A stretch of 64,000 bases of DNA from Marsupella aquatica (lineage: Eukaryota > Plantae > Marchantiophyta), in NCBI GenBank assembly GCA_973895155.1, contig OZ316895.1, positions 4,265,659-4,329,658 on the forward strand, read 5' to 3'. Positions 36,321 through 49,563 of this stretch are shown here, one piece after another. Within the stretch, counting starts at the first letter, position 1. Each line of letters begins with the position of its first letter. The notes beneath the pieces are model-generated. The model was given only the letters and a program-made list of their open reading frames with translations. It was not told the origin of the DNA and ran no database searches. A program made the translations under genes and the position numbers.

Positions 36321-38549
36321 CCTAAGACAATTTTCAAACTATGATTGGCTAGTTCACAAATTTTGGTGTTGGTTTATATATATGGTGAATTTTCCTTTCA
36401 CTATTTTGTCTTATTACTTAGACCTTTTCTATGTTTATTTCAATGTGCCTTACTAAAGTGTATCATCTGTATAATTATTTTGATTTTGATTTCTTTCATT
36501 GCTTCTCCCTTAATGTTTAAGTTTTTTTTCTTCTTTTATTTCAATATGCCTTTATTAAACAAGGTAATCATTTGCATTAATTGGATTTTGAATTGAATTT
36601 GACACCCCTCTTAATGTTTGTAGCTTTGCTATCCCGGAGGTCTTCTTACTAATTTTAGATTTTATTGTGTGCACCCAATCCCTTTAGCAAATTAGAAGGA
36701 ATTTGCACCTCATACATTCAATCTCTCTCCATGAGGGAGAGAAAGAAGTGATTTTAAATGTGGACATGTAGTGATTTATCATGGTTTTGATTGATTTATA
36801 ATTTGAGTGCATGTCATAACTAAGACAACTTAGTGAATATGTGAACCTTATGTGCACAACTTTTGGTATCTTTGTACCATTAAAGACTTATACTTTTACT
36901 TTCAGGGTCTTTATGTGACATATATTTTCTTTGTGGGTGGTGTAATAAATTCTACAATCTTCACAAATACTATTTAATTAGCAGCCAACTGGAAATAAGA
37001 TCACCTACGGTCAACTCACTACAAGACAAAAACAAAACATGTTCTAAGGTGAGCATGCTATATTCATATGTTCACAATTGATGCCAAACTTTTCCTTCAT
37101 GAGTATTTAAAAAGTGCAAAATCTACTTTATCTTTGTGGGCGCTGTAATTTTTAAAATTTGCTCAAACTTTGCATCTCACTATATCGAATCTTACAAACA
37201 TCATAGTACCTTATCCTGCCCAAAACACCAGGCAGATGTATTCTAGGGTTTTGACACACTTGGATTAACCACAAGTCCCGGTCTAGTTGGACCCCACACC
37301 ACTGCATAACTCTGTTTACCCCTGCCCAGGGTGGAAAGCTGCAGGTCCTGCCATTGTGCGCCCATCGGCTGAAAGGCCCATTTGCAGGTGCCAATTGTGT
37401 AAGTTGCCACGGCCGCCGAGACTGCCTCCTCTCCCCTCACTGTACATCATGCGCTGCATTCTACCATATATAGCTTGACCTTGATCTCTCGTTTGACGTC
37501 TGCTACCATAGACTCTCAATCTTGTTTTTGCGCTGCTGCCATCTCTCTTCTGGCGTCTGCAGCTACCATGGCTCGAGCTTGTCGTCATCGCTTTGCATGC
37601 CTCGCAGTTTCTGTTCGATTTCAATTTGATTACTGCTTGGTTTCTGTTCAGCAATGAGCTCAATATTTGTTGCTATATATTTTGCCCAGGTTTTTGTGAC
37701 AGTTTCTCCACCTCAAGGTTGACCAGGGAATCGCTTCGTGTTGTTGTGGGCTGCTCCGTGTTGCTCCGTGCTTAGGATGGATTTTTGTGGATTGAAGAAT
37801 GTGGATTGAGTCAGAAGTCTGGTGCTGCTGTTGTAATTACTGCTTCGCATTCTGCCTGGATTTGTGTTGCATGTTCTGATGTGATTTTTATTGGTGCTGC
37901 TGCCATTTCTGTTGTGGACTTCAGCCCGGATTTCTGTTGGAAGTTCTGATGCCAGTTTTGTTGGTGCTGCTGCCATTTTTTATGAGATGTGTCCTTGTTG
38001 CATGCAGTGAACTCAATCTGAATCTCAGGTGAATCTGCCCTGTTTTTTTATTCCTGGAGTTTGTGCCAGGGATTGCTGTCAAGAAGAGGGTGTCATTTTT
38101 TATTTTATTTTGGATTGGGATTTGGTTGTTGATTGGAAAGTCTCCTTTCTTAGGAGACAGGTTCCTTTTTATATACCCCTGTGGCAGGACCCCACTCATC
38201 CTGAAGGTGCTCCAGGCACCCATTGTCACGTCTACACATTTTCCTATTTTTTGTAGCGCATGTTACTAGGCTGTAAGCATGGGTCCGGAATGTGAGAAGA
38301 ACCTGGCTGGCGGCAGCACTAGCGGATATTTTGATCAAACCCTATCAAAACCAGTCTTTGGGTTCCATAGGTCAGCTTTGCGTCTAGAATCCTACATTTT
38401 GTCTTAGAACATGATAGTCTAGAGTTGCACAATTTCAAGTTACTTCCATCCAAGTTCTGAGATCTGGACAAAAGTTCAGTTTACATTGTCTAGAAATTTA
38501 AGCTGCCTGCAAACTAGATTTATTATAGGGACTGCCAGCTGAAGGAGGG

Positions 38550-38755
38550 TGTTGGAAATCATGGGTCACATTGTTTCTTCAAATCACTACTGTAGAGTAT
38601 TGTGAATAGGACAGAGTTAGCCACCCACCACACACTTGTTCAGGCATTATTTAGCCCTCAACTGTTAGTCACCTGGGCTATAGGAATCATATTTAAGATG
38701 GTCAGGGAATAACTTCATTCTTTATCTAGATCAGTGCTAATGCAACTTCCAAACA
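38550..38755 (+). mobile_element. Possible 3' LTR remnant
   Basis: PPT-like GAAGGAGGG directly before TGTTGGAA...TTCCAAACA. No partner LTR found in the window. Confidence 0.3.
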
Positions 38756-40340
38756 ATGTTCTAAAGGATGTAAAATGCATGATTGTGCCAATGGCTTATT
38801 TTCCCCAAAAAATTCTAAAAACTTATTAGAATGATGAGACTCAAGAGTATTGTTTTCAAATCAGCATACCTCTTAATGAACATGGTGAACTAAGGCATTT
38901 ACCATCATTCACGGTGTACGTAGACATGAACGGGCATTTACGCAGGTAGTGAATGGTCAAATTAAACTCAAAACTCTAGTTGTCCAAAAGTGTGATAGGA
39001 AGTGGGCTACTATCATAATTTTTGCAACACAATGCACGAAAGCGCTCAGCGGAATGATTGGTTATGACGCATTCCATGTTGGTTGAATTTTCCTCCAAAC
39101 TATATCCAAATCTATGCTCTACCACAAGTTCATGACTCATGAGTAAAGGCGTCAATTCACAGAAATGTCCATTATTGATTTGGGAAACGAAAACTGTTTC
39201 CGTAGAGGTCTACCGTAGAGTTTTGAGGAGCCGAGTTTGGCCTTCTCTAATACTGTATTGCCATTCCGATACTGCATTGAACCTAAAAATATCTCACTGA
39301 ATGCTCTTGTAACGAGGCCGGATCCGTAGTGAATGCAGGGCTGCTAGTCGGTGCTCCCACACGTACCTCTTTTGTGACTCGGGCAGCAGACTGTACGAAT
39401 GTCATAAATGACATTCCGGGGGAAGACTCCCGCTGAATCTAAAGTCCATCAACATTCCCGGATGTCACTTGAGGTACAGGAGACTACGATAAAATAGAAT
39501 GACATCCAGTCCTGAGCTGTGCTGGAAGAGCCCTGAAAGAGTGAAAGTTGAGGACTGGAACACCAACGCACCTCACGTCATTCTACCTGCAGCCAGATCG
39601 AGATTCTCTATGAAGATGTGTCTAAGGGTTATTCTGCGACAGCTGGAAATGTGGATGGACTTTAGCTAGCTAGATTTCTGAAGTGAGAGAGCAATGCCCT
39701 CAAGCAGGCTTAGGACTTAGGCGGGTCCAGTATATTTTGACCACGTTGACCATTCGGCAGTTTAGACCAGTTTAAGGGTGCCTCATCGCAATAACCGCGG
39801 CTCAGTGAACTGACGAGGAGTAGCACAGCAGAAGTAAGGGGTTATAGTGTGACACTCAAAGTGTCCTGTCTGTGCGCATTCTCCGTAGGTACATAACCTA
39901 CAACGTGGATGTGAAGAAGAGAAGGCGCAGACTAGAAACTGATCTACCGGCAGTTTGCTATCTGGCCAATGTCGTTCAAGTTCTAGGCTGTTGATACTCA
40001 TCGTACTTCAGAAGAACGTACTCACACCCCGCTGAAGTATCTCGAAGAGCATCCGAGGAGCTAGCATTGGACTGTTAACAAAGGTGGAGCTAGTCGACAT
40101 TTTATGCACGCAGGGCCCCACGCTTGCAAGCCAGTTCCCAGAATGATATAGCACACCTAGCTTGCAATTGAGCTCACCCGCAGGGTACTGACCAGGGCAT
40201 GTTCATGACTTGAAGGTGGTGGAATCGAATAGGTCCAATCGCAGCTGACGATCACCTTCCTGTGCATTGATGGTATTGCTATTAGGCTGGGAATAGAAAG
40301 AGCCGCACTGATTCTGGTGCTTAAGCTACAAACTTACAAA

Positions 40341-41857
40341 ATGGCTAGAAAATCAGAAAGTTACAGTGGAAACCCTTGGAAAGGCACAGAGATTTTGTTA
40401 CTGGCTGTTATGGCGGCAGGAGTCAATGTTCGGGTCTCAGGACAGCTAAGCATGAACTACTACGTCACAAGTTGCCCCAATGTGGAGACGATCGTTAGTG
40501 CATGGCTTACAGCCAATGTTTTCACCGATCCCACGGGCCCTGCTGCGCTGGTTCGACTGATCTTCCACGACTGCCAAGTTGGCGTAAGTGTTATCGATCT
40601 CCCCACGCTGCCTCTGTGACGAGTATTTGGGAATGCTTTTTTCAACTGCCAAATTTCTATTCCAGCTCCGTCGTCTTGTGGAATCCATCCCTAATTTCCT
40701 AGTCACTGGTCACGAAGAGCCTGAAGAAGTATATGTGTACGTTGTCTCTTGTTTCAAAACACTACATCATTAATCTATATTGCATGGGACCCGCATACCG
40801 AATCTGTAAGCAATTTTAGGAAATAGAAACTTCTGTTGCGTAATCGAACCTCTGCTTACGGCCAATAGGTTCAGCTCTTTTTGTTGTTCAGCTAGCTTCA
40901 GGTTTCCCATGGGCTCTCAATAAATGAATGTCTCTTGGTGTCTATGGCTTTAGGGATGTGATGCATCGATTTTACTGGATACACAACCGGGAATTCAGAC
41001 TGAGATGGATTCAAGTGGTAACTTCGGAATTAGGGATACTCGTTTCATTGACAGTATCAAAGGTGTCGTGGAATTGGTCTGCCCGAACACTGTGTCGTGT
41101 GCTGACATCTTAGCTATGGCGGCAAGGGACTGTGTGAGCATAACACGAGGGCCTTATATCAATATTCCTCTGGGCCGTAAAGATGGAACGCAGGCGAGCA
41201 ACCTTCAAGCTGACGCCAGACTTCCACCGTCGGACATTTCGGCCGATGAGATGCTGGCCGAGTTTGCTCAGATGGGCATGACTCAAGAAGAATCTGTTGC
41301 CATCCTTGGTGAGTATTGCCTACTTCGTTGCAGCCTCGTCCGTGTCGTATTTTTTTCGATAACTGCTGCTCAATTAACTGAAGTTCTCGATACAAATGTC
41401 TGCATCTTTCTGGAGAACTGATTTACACATTGCTTCGTTGAACTGATCGAGGGCAGGTGCGCACACCATAGGAGTGGGGCATTGCATCAACGTCCTGAAC
41501 AGACTCTACCCCACCATGGATCCTACCTTGCAATCTTCAATGCAGACTATGCTGTCCGTGATGTGTCCAACTCCAGACGCCGCGTCTATGAATAACGGCA
41601 CTATTCTGCCAAATGACAGTTCCAACTTCTTTTTCGACAACCAATACTTCAAAGACGTTCTAGCCGGAAATGGGTTGTTCAAAATCGATTCCAATCTTGC
41701 CTACAATCCGGCCACTTTAGCTTACGTTGATCGCTTTGCCAACGACCAAAACGATTTCTTCAACGTGTTCTCAAGTGCTTTTGTGAAGCTCGTGTCCGCC
41801 AACGTCTTGACAGGAAGCGACGGGGAGATAAGGAAAAATTGCCACATGGTTAATTAA
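40341..41857 (+). CDS. Class III secretory heme peroxidase, 332 aa, 3 exons (40341-40583, 40954-41308, 41457-41857)
   Basis: Motifs YYVTSCP, RLIFHDCQV (distal Arg/His), GCDASILL, VSCADILAMAARD, GRKDG, GAHTIG (proximal His), FDNQYF, GEIRKNC. GT-AG introns in frame; 999 nt total; N-terminal hydrophobic signal. Confidence 0.96.
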
Positions 41858-41975
41858 CTGTTGAACATCTGAAGTTCGTGTGTTCAGCTGATCGACACTC
41901 CAGCAATCGGTATTTAGGACGAAGTTGTTAACAGTGAAGCTCCCGGAGTTTAGCCAGCCTGGTTTACCATCTTTT

Positions 41976-42193
41976 GAAGATTTTTTCCTACGGAATCCGC
42001 CCTCATTTTTGCACAAAGCAGCTCGCTTTAGCCATTCGGAACGTTCAAGTCATTACTCGCTTGTAACTATAATTTTCACCTGGTGTTTGGAAGACTTTTT
42101 CCTACGGAATCTGCCCTCATTTTGCACAAAGCAGCTCGCCTTAGCCATTCGGAACGTTCAAGTCATTACTCGATTGTAACCATAATTTTCACC
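41976..42193. repeat. 2 x ~115-bp tandem duplication downstream of the peroxidase
   Basis: Copies start at 41976 and 42091 with few mismatches. Confidence 0.9.
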
Positions 42194-45100
42194 TTGTAAA
42201 TGTCAGAAGCTTAGGTTTTGTTCAGACGTCAGTGTCGGAACACGACTATTGTCGCGGGATATTCAAGATCTCAGGTGCTCATCGATAAGCGGGTACTTCT
42301 CACTCGCTGTGTCAATGTATTGTACGTTGGGGTCCAGTGTCAAAAAACGGATTATATAGTTATATTAGACAACAACGCTGGGATCCAGGGCTGGTCAAAA
42401 CATTAGCCAGCCTCGGGTTGATTACTATCTATCTGTGAAACTTAATATAGAGCTCTTGAACTTCCGCTCATTGACTCACTCGCACAAATTGTCTCGAAAG
42501 TAGTAAAAGTTTCTCGTCGCTGTTAAGACAACCTAGGGAATCACAACGACCTTCTAATTTCAAACCTGACTTGCCGACTTTAGACTCTACACTGGACTCT
42601 GCTCCGATTCGACTAGATCGATATGTACGTATTACAAGTGTCAAGCTGGTTTGTCAGCTGAGCAAAACCCGATGTGATTCTGTACCACACGATCGGCAGT
42701 GATTGGTATTGGTAGGAGTGCGTTGCCGCCATGTTGCATTTGAGTCCAACACTAAACTGAGTCCGTTAGTTTCACGAATCACGATATAAAACCAACCCTC
42801 CGGAAGATTACGTGACTCGACCCCCTATGTGCTGATAAACAAAGACGCGAATCGAGTTGTACGAAGAAATTAATAGCCGATTAATGTGAAGATCATTTCA
42901 GAACTGTCCTGACAGTCGGCTCATAATCTTACAGTACGATGCAGCTAGTCCTGAATCAATTAAGCAATTAATCTATTGCACTCGGTATACTTGCTTGCCC
43001 GACTGGCCGACTGTGAGTACTGCCAGCAAGCTCAAGCAATAAGCAAATGACTGCGAGTTGTCAGTCTCAGAAGATGTACGAAATGATACATTGTTGTCGC
43101 TCACCTAGCTAACCCATTGAATGCGTTTCTTACACACCAGTTCTGAGTAACAACATTCCCTCCAGATCAGTTTGACATTTCAAGACTTCAAGTCCTCTTA
43201 GTCGTGTCTACACACCATAAGTATCAGAGTCTTGACCCCAGAAAAAAAATACAGGATATATGGAAAGTAATAATAATGCGTAAGCTGGGACATCATCGTT
43301 TCCCATAGGATGTGATAAATAATATGGGATGTAGAATGTCACTCCATACATGACGGTAAACCCACCATTGTTCTCCACTATATGTGGTAAATAATATGAG
43401 ATGCACTGTCACTCCATTTGGTGGGAAACTTCCACTGTAAATATATATTTGGCCCAAATGTTTTGTTGAAATCAGTGAGTGTTATTGTAAACCTTCCAAG
43501 TACATATTTGGCCCAAATATTTGTTTGAGATCATGCACTATGTCACTCTAGTATATCATGGTAAATATTCTAAATAGACATTTTGGCTGAAATATTTTGT
43601 TTGAAATGTACTATGTCACTCCATATCAAGATAAACCTTCTAAATACATTTGGGCCAAATATTTTCTTTAAATCAGTGAGTGTTATTGTAAAATTTCTAA
43701 ATATATATTTGACTCAAATTGTTGTTTACACTGCTGAGTACCGTTTTAACTAGCCTGATTACCTGTTCCTACAAACAAAACGATGATGAGGCAAAGGGCA
43801 ATCTTGCCAAAAAACCACCAAAATAAATCTTGCAAAACAAAATCCTTATCATTTACTCTTCATCTTTGCTTCCATCATTCAGTGTTTCTGGATGCAATTT
43901 CGATTATTCCCTTATAATTTTGTGTTCATCTTTGTTTCCATCCCTGTTCTTGATCAGGGGGACTAGCCAAACTTTTTTTTTTTTCTTTTTTCTTTTTTTC
44001 AAAGGGCCTAAGGCCAAAACTTTATTCCAAGACACGGGGAGCCAACAAAAGCCTGCCTAGGAGGAGGAGGCAGGGAAGAAAGAGACAATTAAGGGAGGCC
44101 AAAAGAGGGGGCACCCCCAGAGAAATGGAGAATGAGACCCACCACCAAAACTGCCGTGAGGGAAGGAGGCAGAGCAAGGATGGAAAGGAGGGACCCAAGG
44201 GAAGAGAGGGAACAGAGAACCGGACAACCGGCCCCAACCAAAGCCGGAAACTGCCAGGAACCAAACCGAGAAAGCGCCAACTCCGATCAATCGCTGGCTG
44301 GCAACAACAAACTGAACGCAATCCACCACTGACCTTCATCAGCTAGCCCAGAATATATCGTAGTCAATAGTGGACCACTCTGCATCAAAAGTGGGACGAG
44401 CAAGGGAAAAGAGCTTTGTCCCAAACGAGGCCAGTATGGCCAGATTCACCACCCTGCCAGTAGAGAGCTGCAACCCAACCAAAGATACCTTTCGGCCGAG
44501 GAGAATCTAGAAGCACGGACTCCCGCGGGAGAGCTCTGATACATGGAGAAGACCTAGATAGGAGGCTCCAAAACATGGAGAAGCTCGGAGATCCATCAGA
44601 TTTATCCAGAGTCCATATGGTATCCAAGGCCCATCCGGCGCGAAGGTAGAAGAATACATATGCGTGCTTTTTCGCAAGATTGTGGGCGCCCAAAGCGGAG
44701 ATAGCCGACCGGGGGAGCAGAATCCAGAATGGAAGAACAAATGGGCTGTGGACGGAAGGCGGGCGGCTGAGCCTGCAGGGTAAAAAAATGTACTAAAGAT
44801 GGGGCGCCTTAGTGATTGAGATAAAGGCTGTATGTACCCGTATGATTGCCTTTACCCGTCGAATATGCCAGCCAGGCGAGAGAAAGGAGAGAGCACGAAC
44901 CAGCTCGAAACCAAGGCAAGAGACCGATCCAGGAAAAAGCGCGGTGGTCCATCTGAGAATATGAGAAATAATACTATACTATGATTAGTAGGTGATCTGG
45001 GTAACTTAGGACGATACGCTGTCTAGATTCAGAAAACCAGCTCTTGGGAGTCCTCAAATGCAGGAATAGAATGGAGCCATAATACTATCAGCTAATTCTC

Positions 45101-45604
45101 GGATAGAGAAGAAAAGAGGTCAAGCTCCCGCATCCGAGAGGCCGCAGAAACCTATATTGAAAACCACATAGCCAAAGACTAAAACTATGAATCATCAATC
45201 ATTTATCTAGAGAGTATTTCGATGAATATGGAGCGGCGAGAAAACAAAAAAGGGCCGAGAGAACTGGTGGCCAATAGAAGATATATGCCAAAAGCGATAT
45301 GTCGAAGAGGGTAGATATATCATGAATCAAAGATTGGATAAGAGAAGGGAGAAAATGGTGATAGTCGAAGGCGGAGAGCCGGTTGCCAGGCCGAAAAGAA
45401 GTTCAGAGACAAGGTAGAGGGGACATAGGAGGAGTCCAATCCCAGGCCGAACCGAAGAAGAAATCACAAAATATCAACGATTTAAGGCAAAACAAAGAAG
45501 GACTTTCTGCCAGGGCGACACTGGGGAGAGAAGAGACTTTAGCTGCCCCGCAAGGGGTGGATAGATGGGATGATAACATGACGGTAAGAATTGAGAGGAA
45601 GATC

Positions 45605-48600
45605 TTACGAGCGTCGGTGGGGAAAACAGCAGGAGAGAGGGTGCGATATGTATTTTTCTGCGTAATATAAACGCTTTTTTTTCTTCGCTGAGTCAGAACA
45701 AAAGGCAACCGAGTGGAGATGCAGAATAGCTGCGGATGCAGCAATAGATGGAGAAAAAACAACAGATTGGCTCTGAAACTTACGAGAGTTATGATTTTTC
45801 CAAATGAGCCATACTGTTTCGTAGATAACAAACAAGCGGGCGGAGAGCTGTGGAGATCGACCAAGGGCATGATCAAGAGAGCCCACAAAAGAGTGTCCTC
45901 CCTGGATGGAAGATAGAGTTGGTACACGTTCGTAGAACCACGCGGTCCTGTTCCAGGCCATCATGGCATGGGTGCAGGAAAAAAAGATGTGTTGGTTATC
46001 TTCAGAGCTGCGCCCGCAATACAGGCACCGACCGTCACCATGACCGCATTGAAATGCTCTCCGGCCAGAGAACAGCCCAGCAGCCAACACCCTCCAAATG
46101 AATATCTTTCCCCGTTGAGACAGATCTGAACGCCATAACAGAGTCCAACGACGTTGCCAAGTGAGGGAGGAGTCGGAGGAGCCCCATCGGTTGTTGAGGG
46201 AAAGAGTTTCACCGCAGGATCTGTCCAAATATATATATGCTTGTGTGCTACTTAGAAAACGAGGGTACACTTTTCTCTTCAATCCCCTCCAGAACCATTG
46301 CAAAGGGGCAAAGGAGGTCGAGAGAGATGGCTGCGGGCCTTGTTGAAGGAGCAGAAGGAGGTCGGATAATACAGACTGACCCTCATCTGAAAAGCCTCGC
46401 AATCGAGAGAGTCTGGCACCAAAGTCCATCCAATCACCAACTGCCCAATCCCAGAGATCAGATACTGAGCGGATGTTAATACGTGAGCAGGCAATCAATA
46501 TGAGATGGATGGCGGGACTTGGGAAACAAAGAGAGCGGAAGAAAATATGGAGAAGGTCTGCAATACTCCACTGAGCGGGGACAGCTAGAGCAGCCGGATC
46601 CCAATGCAGATTGCTCCGAATCTGGACCCAGGCGTTCCAGATTCCCTCCGTGTATCGCATTCCATGAAAGTTGGATGGGGTTGAGAAGAGGAATCGATCC
46701 ATGGTTGTGTATCCCATATTCCTGAGCAAGACAGAATGGTTCCAAGCGGTCAGTCTCAGGTTAGCAGCAAACAACAATGCCCAATCGGAGTGCGGGTCCC
46801 CTGGCGGGTCCGTGATCATCCGAACCGACCAACTAGCCAACAACGCCGTTTCTTGCGTGTGAATGTCTTTGAATCCCAGGCCTCCATCTTTTTTTCGTCT
46901 GCACATCCGGTCCCAAGAGACAAGGGGAGTTTTTCTCGCTCCTTCTTTGTTAAAGCCCCACAAGAAGTCTTTACATGTCTGCCGAATCAAATTAGTGAGA
47001 CTACTATCAAACCGAGAATACATCATATGGTATACTGTCATTGAAAGTAGTATCTGTTTAATCAAAAGCACACGTCCTGTGAAGGAGAATCTTTTATTAG
47101 ACTAGGTCGAAAGTCGCTTATTTAGTTTTTTCATGCAAAACTCCTGGACCTGAGATCGAGAGAGATTATGACCGAAGGGGGCACCGAGGTAGTTAGAGAT
47201 CTGTCCTGGAGGAATAATAACCATTTTAGAGTTGATTAGCCATTGTGGAGGATTATCGAGTCCAAAAATGATCGCTTCTGATTTTTCAAGATTCAGACGG
47301 GCCCCTGCAGCAAGTTCGTATAGCTCCAATTTGTTTTGTATTTCTAGAAAGCACGACTCACGGGCCGGGGTGAATACCCCTAGATCATCTGCAAAGAATC
47401 GGTGGAAAAGAGTGAGTTCCTGATTTATTTTTATACCATGTACTTCTCCATGCTTGAGAGCCTCATCAAAAAAATCCATGAGGGGCTGGGTTGAGAGTGC
47501 GTACACCAGAGGGGCCAGGGGACATCCCTGCCGGACCCCACAGAGAAGAGGGATCGGATCAATGAATTGTCCGTTCACGTGAATCTTAGCCAATGCATTA
47601 GTCATCAAACTCATAATGATACGGATAAGCATTGGACTGAATCCAGAGGCACCAAGAGTTTCTCTGATGTACCTGTGGTCGACGTGGTCAAACCTCTTCG
47701 AGAAATCCATCTTAAGAAAAAGAGTAGGAGTGTTGTTTGTTTTTAGCCAGTCAGTTGCTAACCAAGCAATGGAAATATTATCTAGAATTTGTCGACCTGG
47801 GACAAATCCGGTTTGCTGCGCATTAACCATTTTAGGGAGAAGTCGGCCTAGACGGATAGCGATGAGCTTGGCTATTATTTTGTATGCTATGTTTAAAAGA
47901 GTAATCGGTCTCCAATTAGACAACATAGTTTTATCTGTTGATTTAGGGACCAACTTAATAACGCCTTCCAAAAAACCTGAGAGCATTATCCCATCGTTCC
48001 AGAACGAGACCAGCATGGCAAGAAAGACCGGAGCAATAAATTCCCAGCAGCGAAGAAATACCTCAATTGTGAGCCCATCAATACCGGGCGCTTTATTTTT
48101 CTGTAGCTTCTGGGCAGCCAAAAGAAGCTCAGACATGGTCGGGATCGAGTCCATGGTGAGGGATTCTGATTCTGATATACGTGAGGAGGAGAATTGAAGT
48201 ATCTGTTGCCGGGCTACAAAATTCTGAGCCGATTCCGGAGCGTCTGGGGAGTATAAGGAGCGGTAGAAATTTCCTACCTCGATCAGTATATGGTCCAGAT
48301 CCGAAGAGAGAGAACCGTCTGCTAGTTTAAGGGAAGGGATAGCAGCTCGCTGTTGTTGAACCCGGACAATGTTAAAGAAAACTCTAGTAGAGGCATCTCC
48401 AAGTCCCAGCCAGCGAATCCGAGATTTCCTGCGAATTTCTATTGCTTCTAGGAATTCAGAGTCTTGCAACAATGTTTCTGCTTCACGGAGCTCCGAAAGG
48501 GAGTTACCTATACTAGATGCATCGGAACGTGTACGCAATGTTTGCACACGGTGTCTGAGTTCCCCGGTGTTATACTGCTTCTCTGATTTCTTTGATTGGA

Positions 48601-49533
48601 TGTTCTTGTATTCCCGATGAAGCCGCCGACATGCTAGGTAGAATGTTGCCTTTGGGTCCGAGGTACCTAGAGTGGAGGTCGACCATGCTTGTTCGAGAAG
48701 AGCGATGTTGTGCTGGTTTCTTAAGACCCAGGGGTTTGCCTTAAAGTATGAGGACCGGTTAGACGACTCAAGATGACTTATCTGAGAACTTATTATACAT
48801 GTTAACGATACTGGACAGTGGTCGGATAATGGGCAATCTTGATGGTGGGAGAGAGAAATTACTTTGTCCATCCAGGATCCACCGTTGCTCAGATATATCC
48901 TGTCAAGCCGAGATTGCAGAACCCATTGATTGTGTCTCTCCTCCACGTGAATCTTGAGCCAGAGATGGAACCTGCTATATTATATACATCATAAAGATCT
49001 AGCCGACATTTTAGTTTACACCATGCAACTAGTTCTAATCCTGCAAGCAAAGAAGAGTGGCTAGCGACCGAGTCTATTACTTTTTCAGTCATATTGAAGT
49101 CTCCTGCAATAATCCAATTCTCTCCAGACAAGGTGGTCAGAAGCTCATCCCAAAGCCGAGAACGAACATGAGGGTCGTTAGATGCATAGAGACCAACTAT
49201 TCCAAATTTGCCATAGTCACTATCTATATGTGCCCAAATAGCAATACTTATTAGTGAGATACCATGTTTACGGACGCGGAAAGAGGGGTGGATGAGCATG
49301 GCTGCTCCTCCTTTCCCATCAATAGGGTGGGCAATAATTGTTTTATACTCAGGAAGGATGAAGGAGAGGGCTGCGATAAGACGAAATTCATCGGCTTTGA
49401 CTTCTAGAAGGGTGAGGATGTGAATGGAGTGGCGCATATCCTGGATCCATTTTCGAATAATATACTTCCGATTTGGATCACACAAGCCAGAAACATTCCA
49501 GATCGCTATTCGTAGTTGTTCATCCATGGTCAA
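45605..49533 (-). pseudogene. LINE ORF2 (APE endonuclease, RT, zf-RVT), disrupted
   Basis: WNVSGL, AGDFN, SRLDRIY, SDHCPV; KAPGIDG, WRPITLLN, GVRQGCPLAP, FADD; CLYC...HIFFSC. One frameshift near 48940 and an in-frame TAG at 47102-47104. Confidence 0.93.
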
Positions 49534-49563
49534 TATGCGAGCCTTAGATTGAGCCTCAGTTCG

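Noticed and set aside
45403-45927. 174-aa ORF overlapping the end of LINE ORF2
   Set aside because: Alternate-frame overlap with no recognisable motif.
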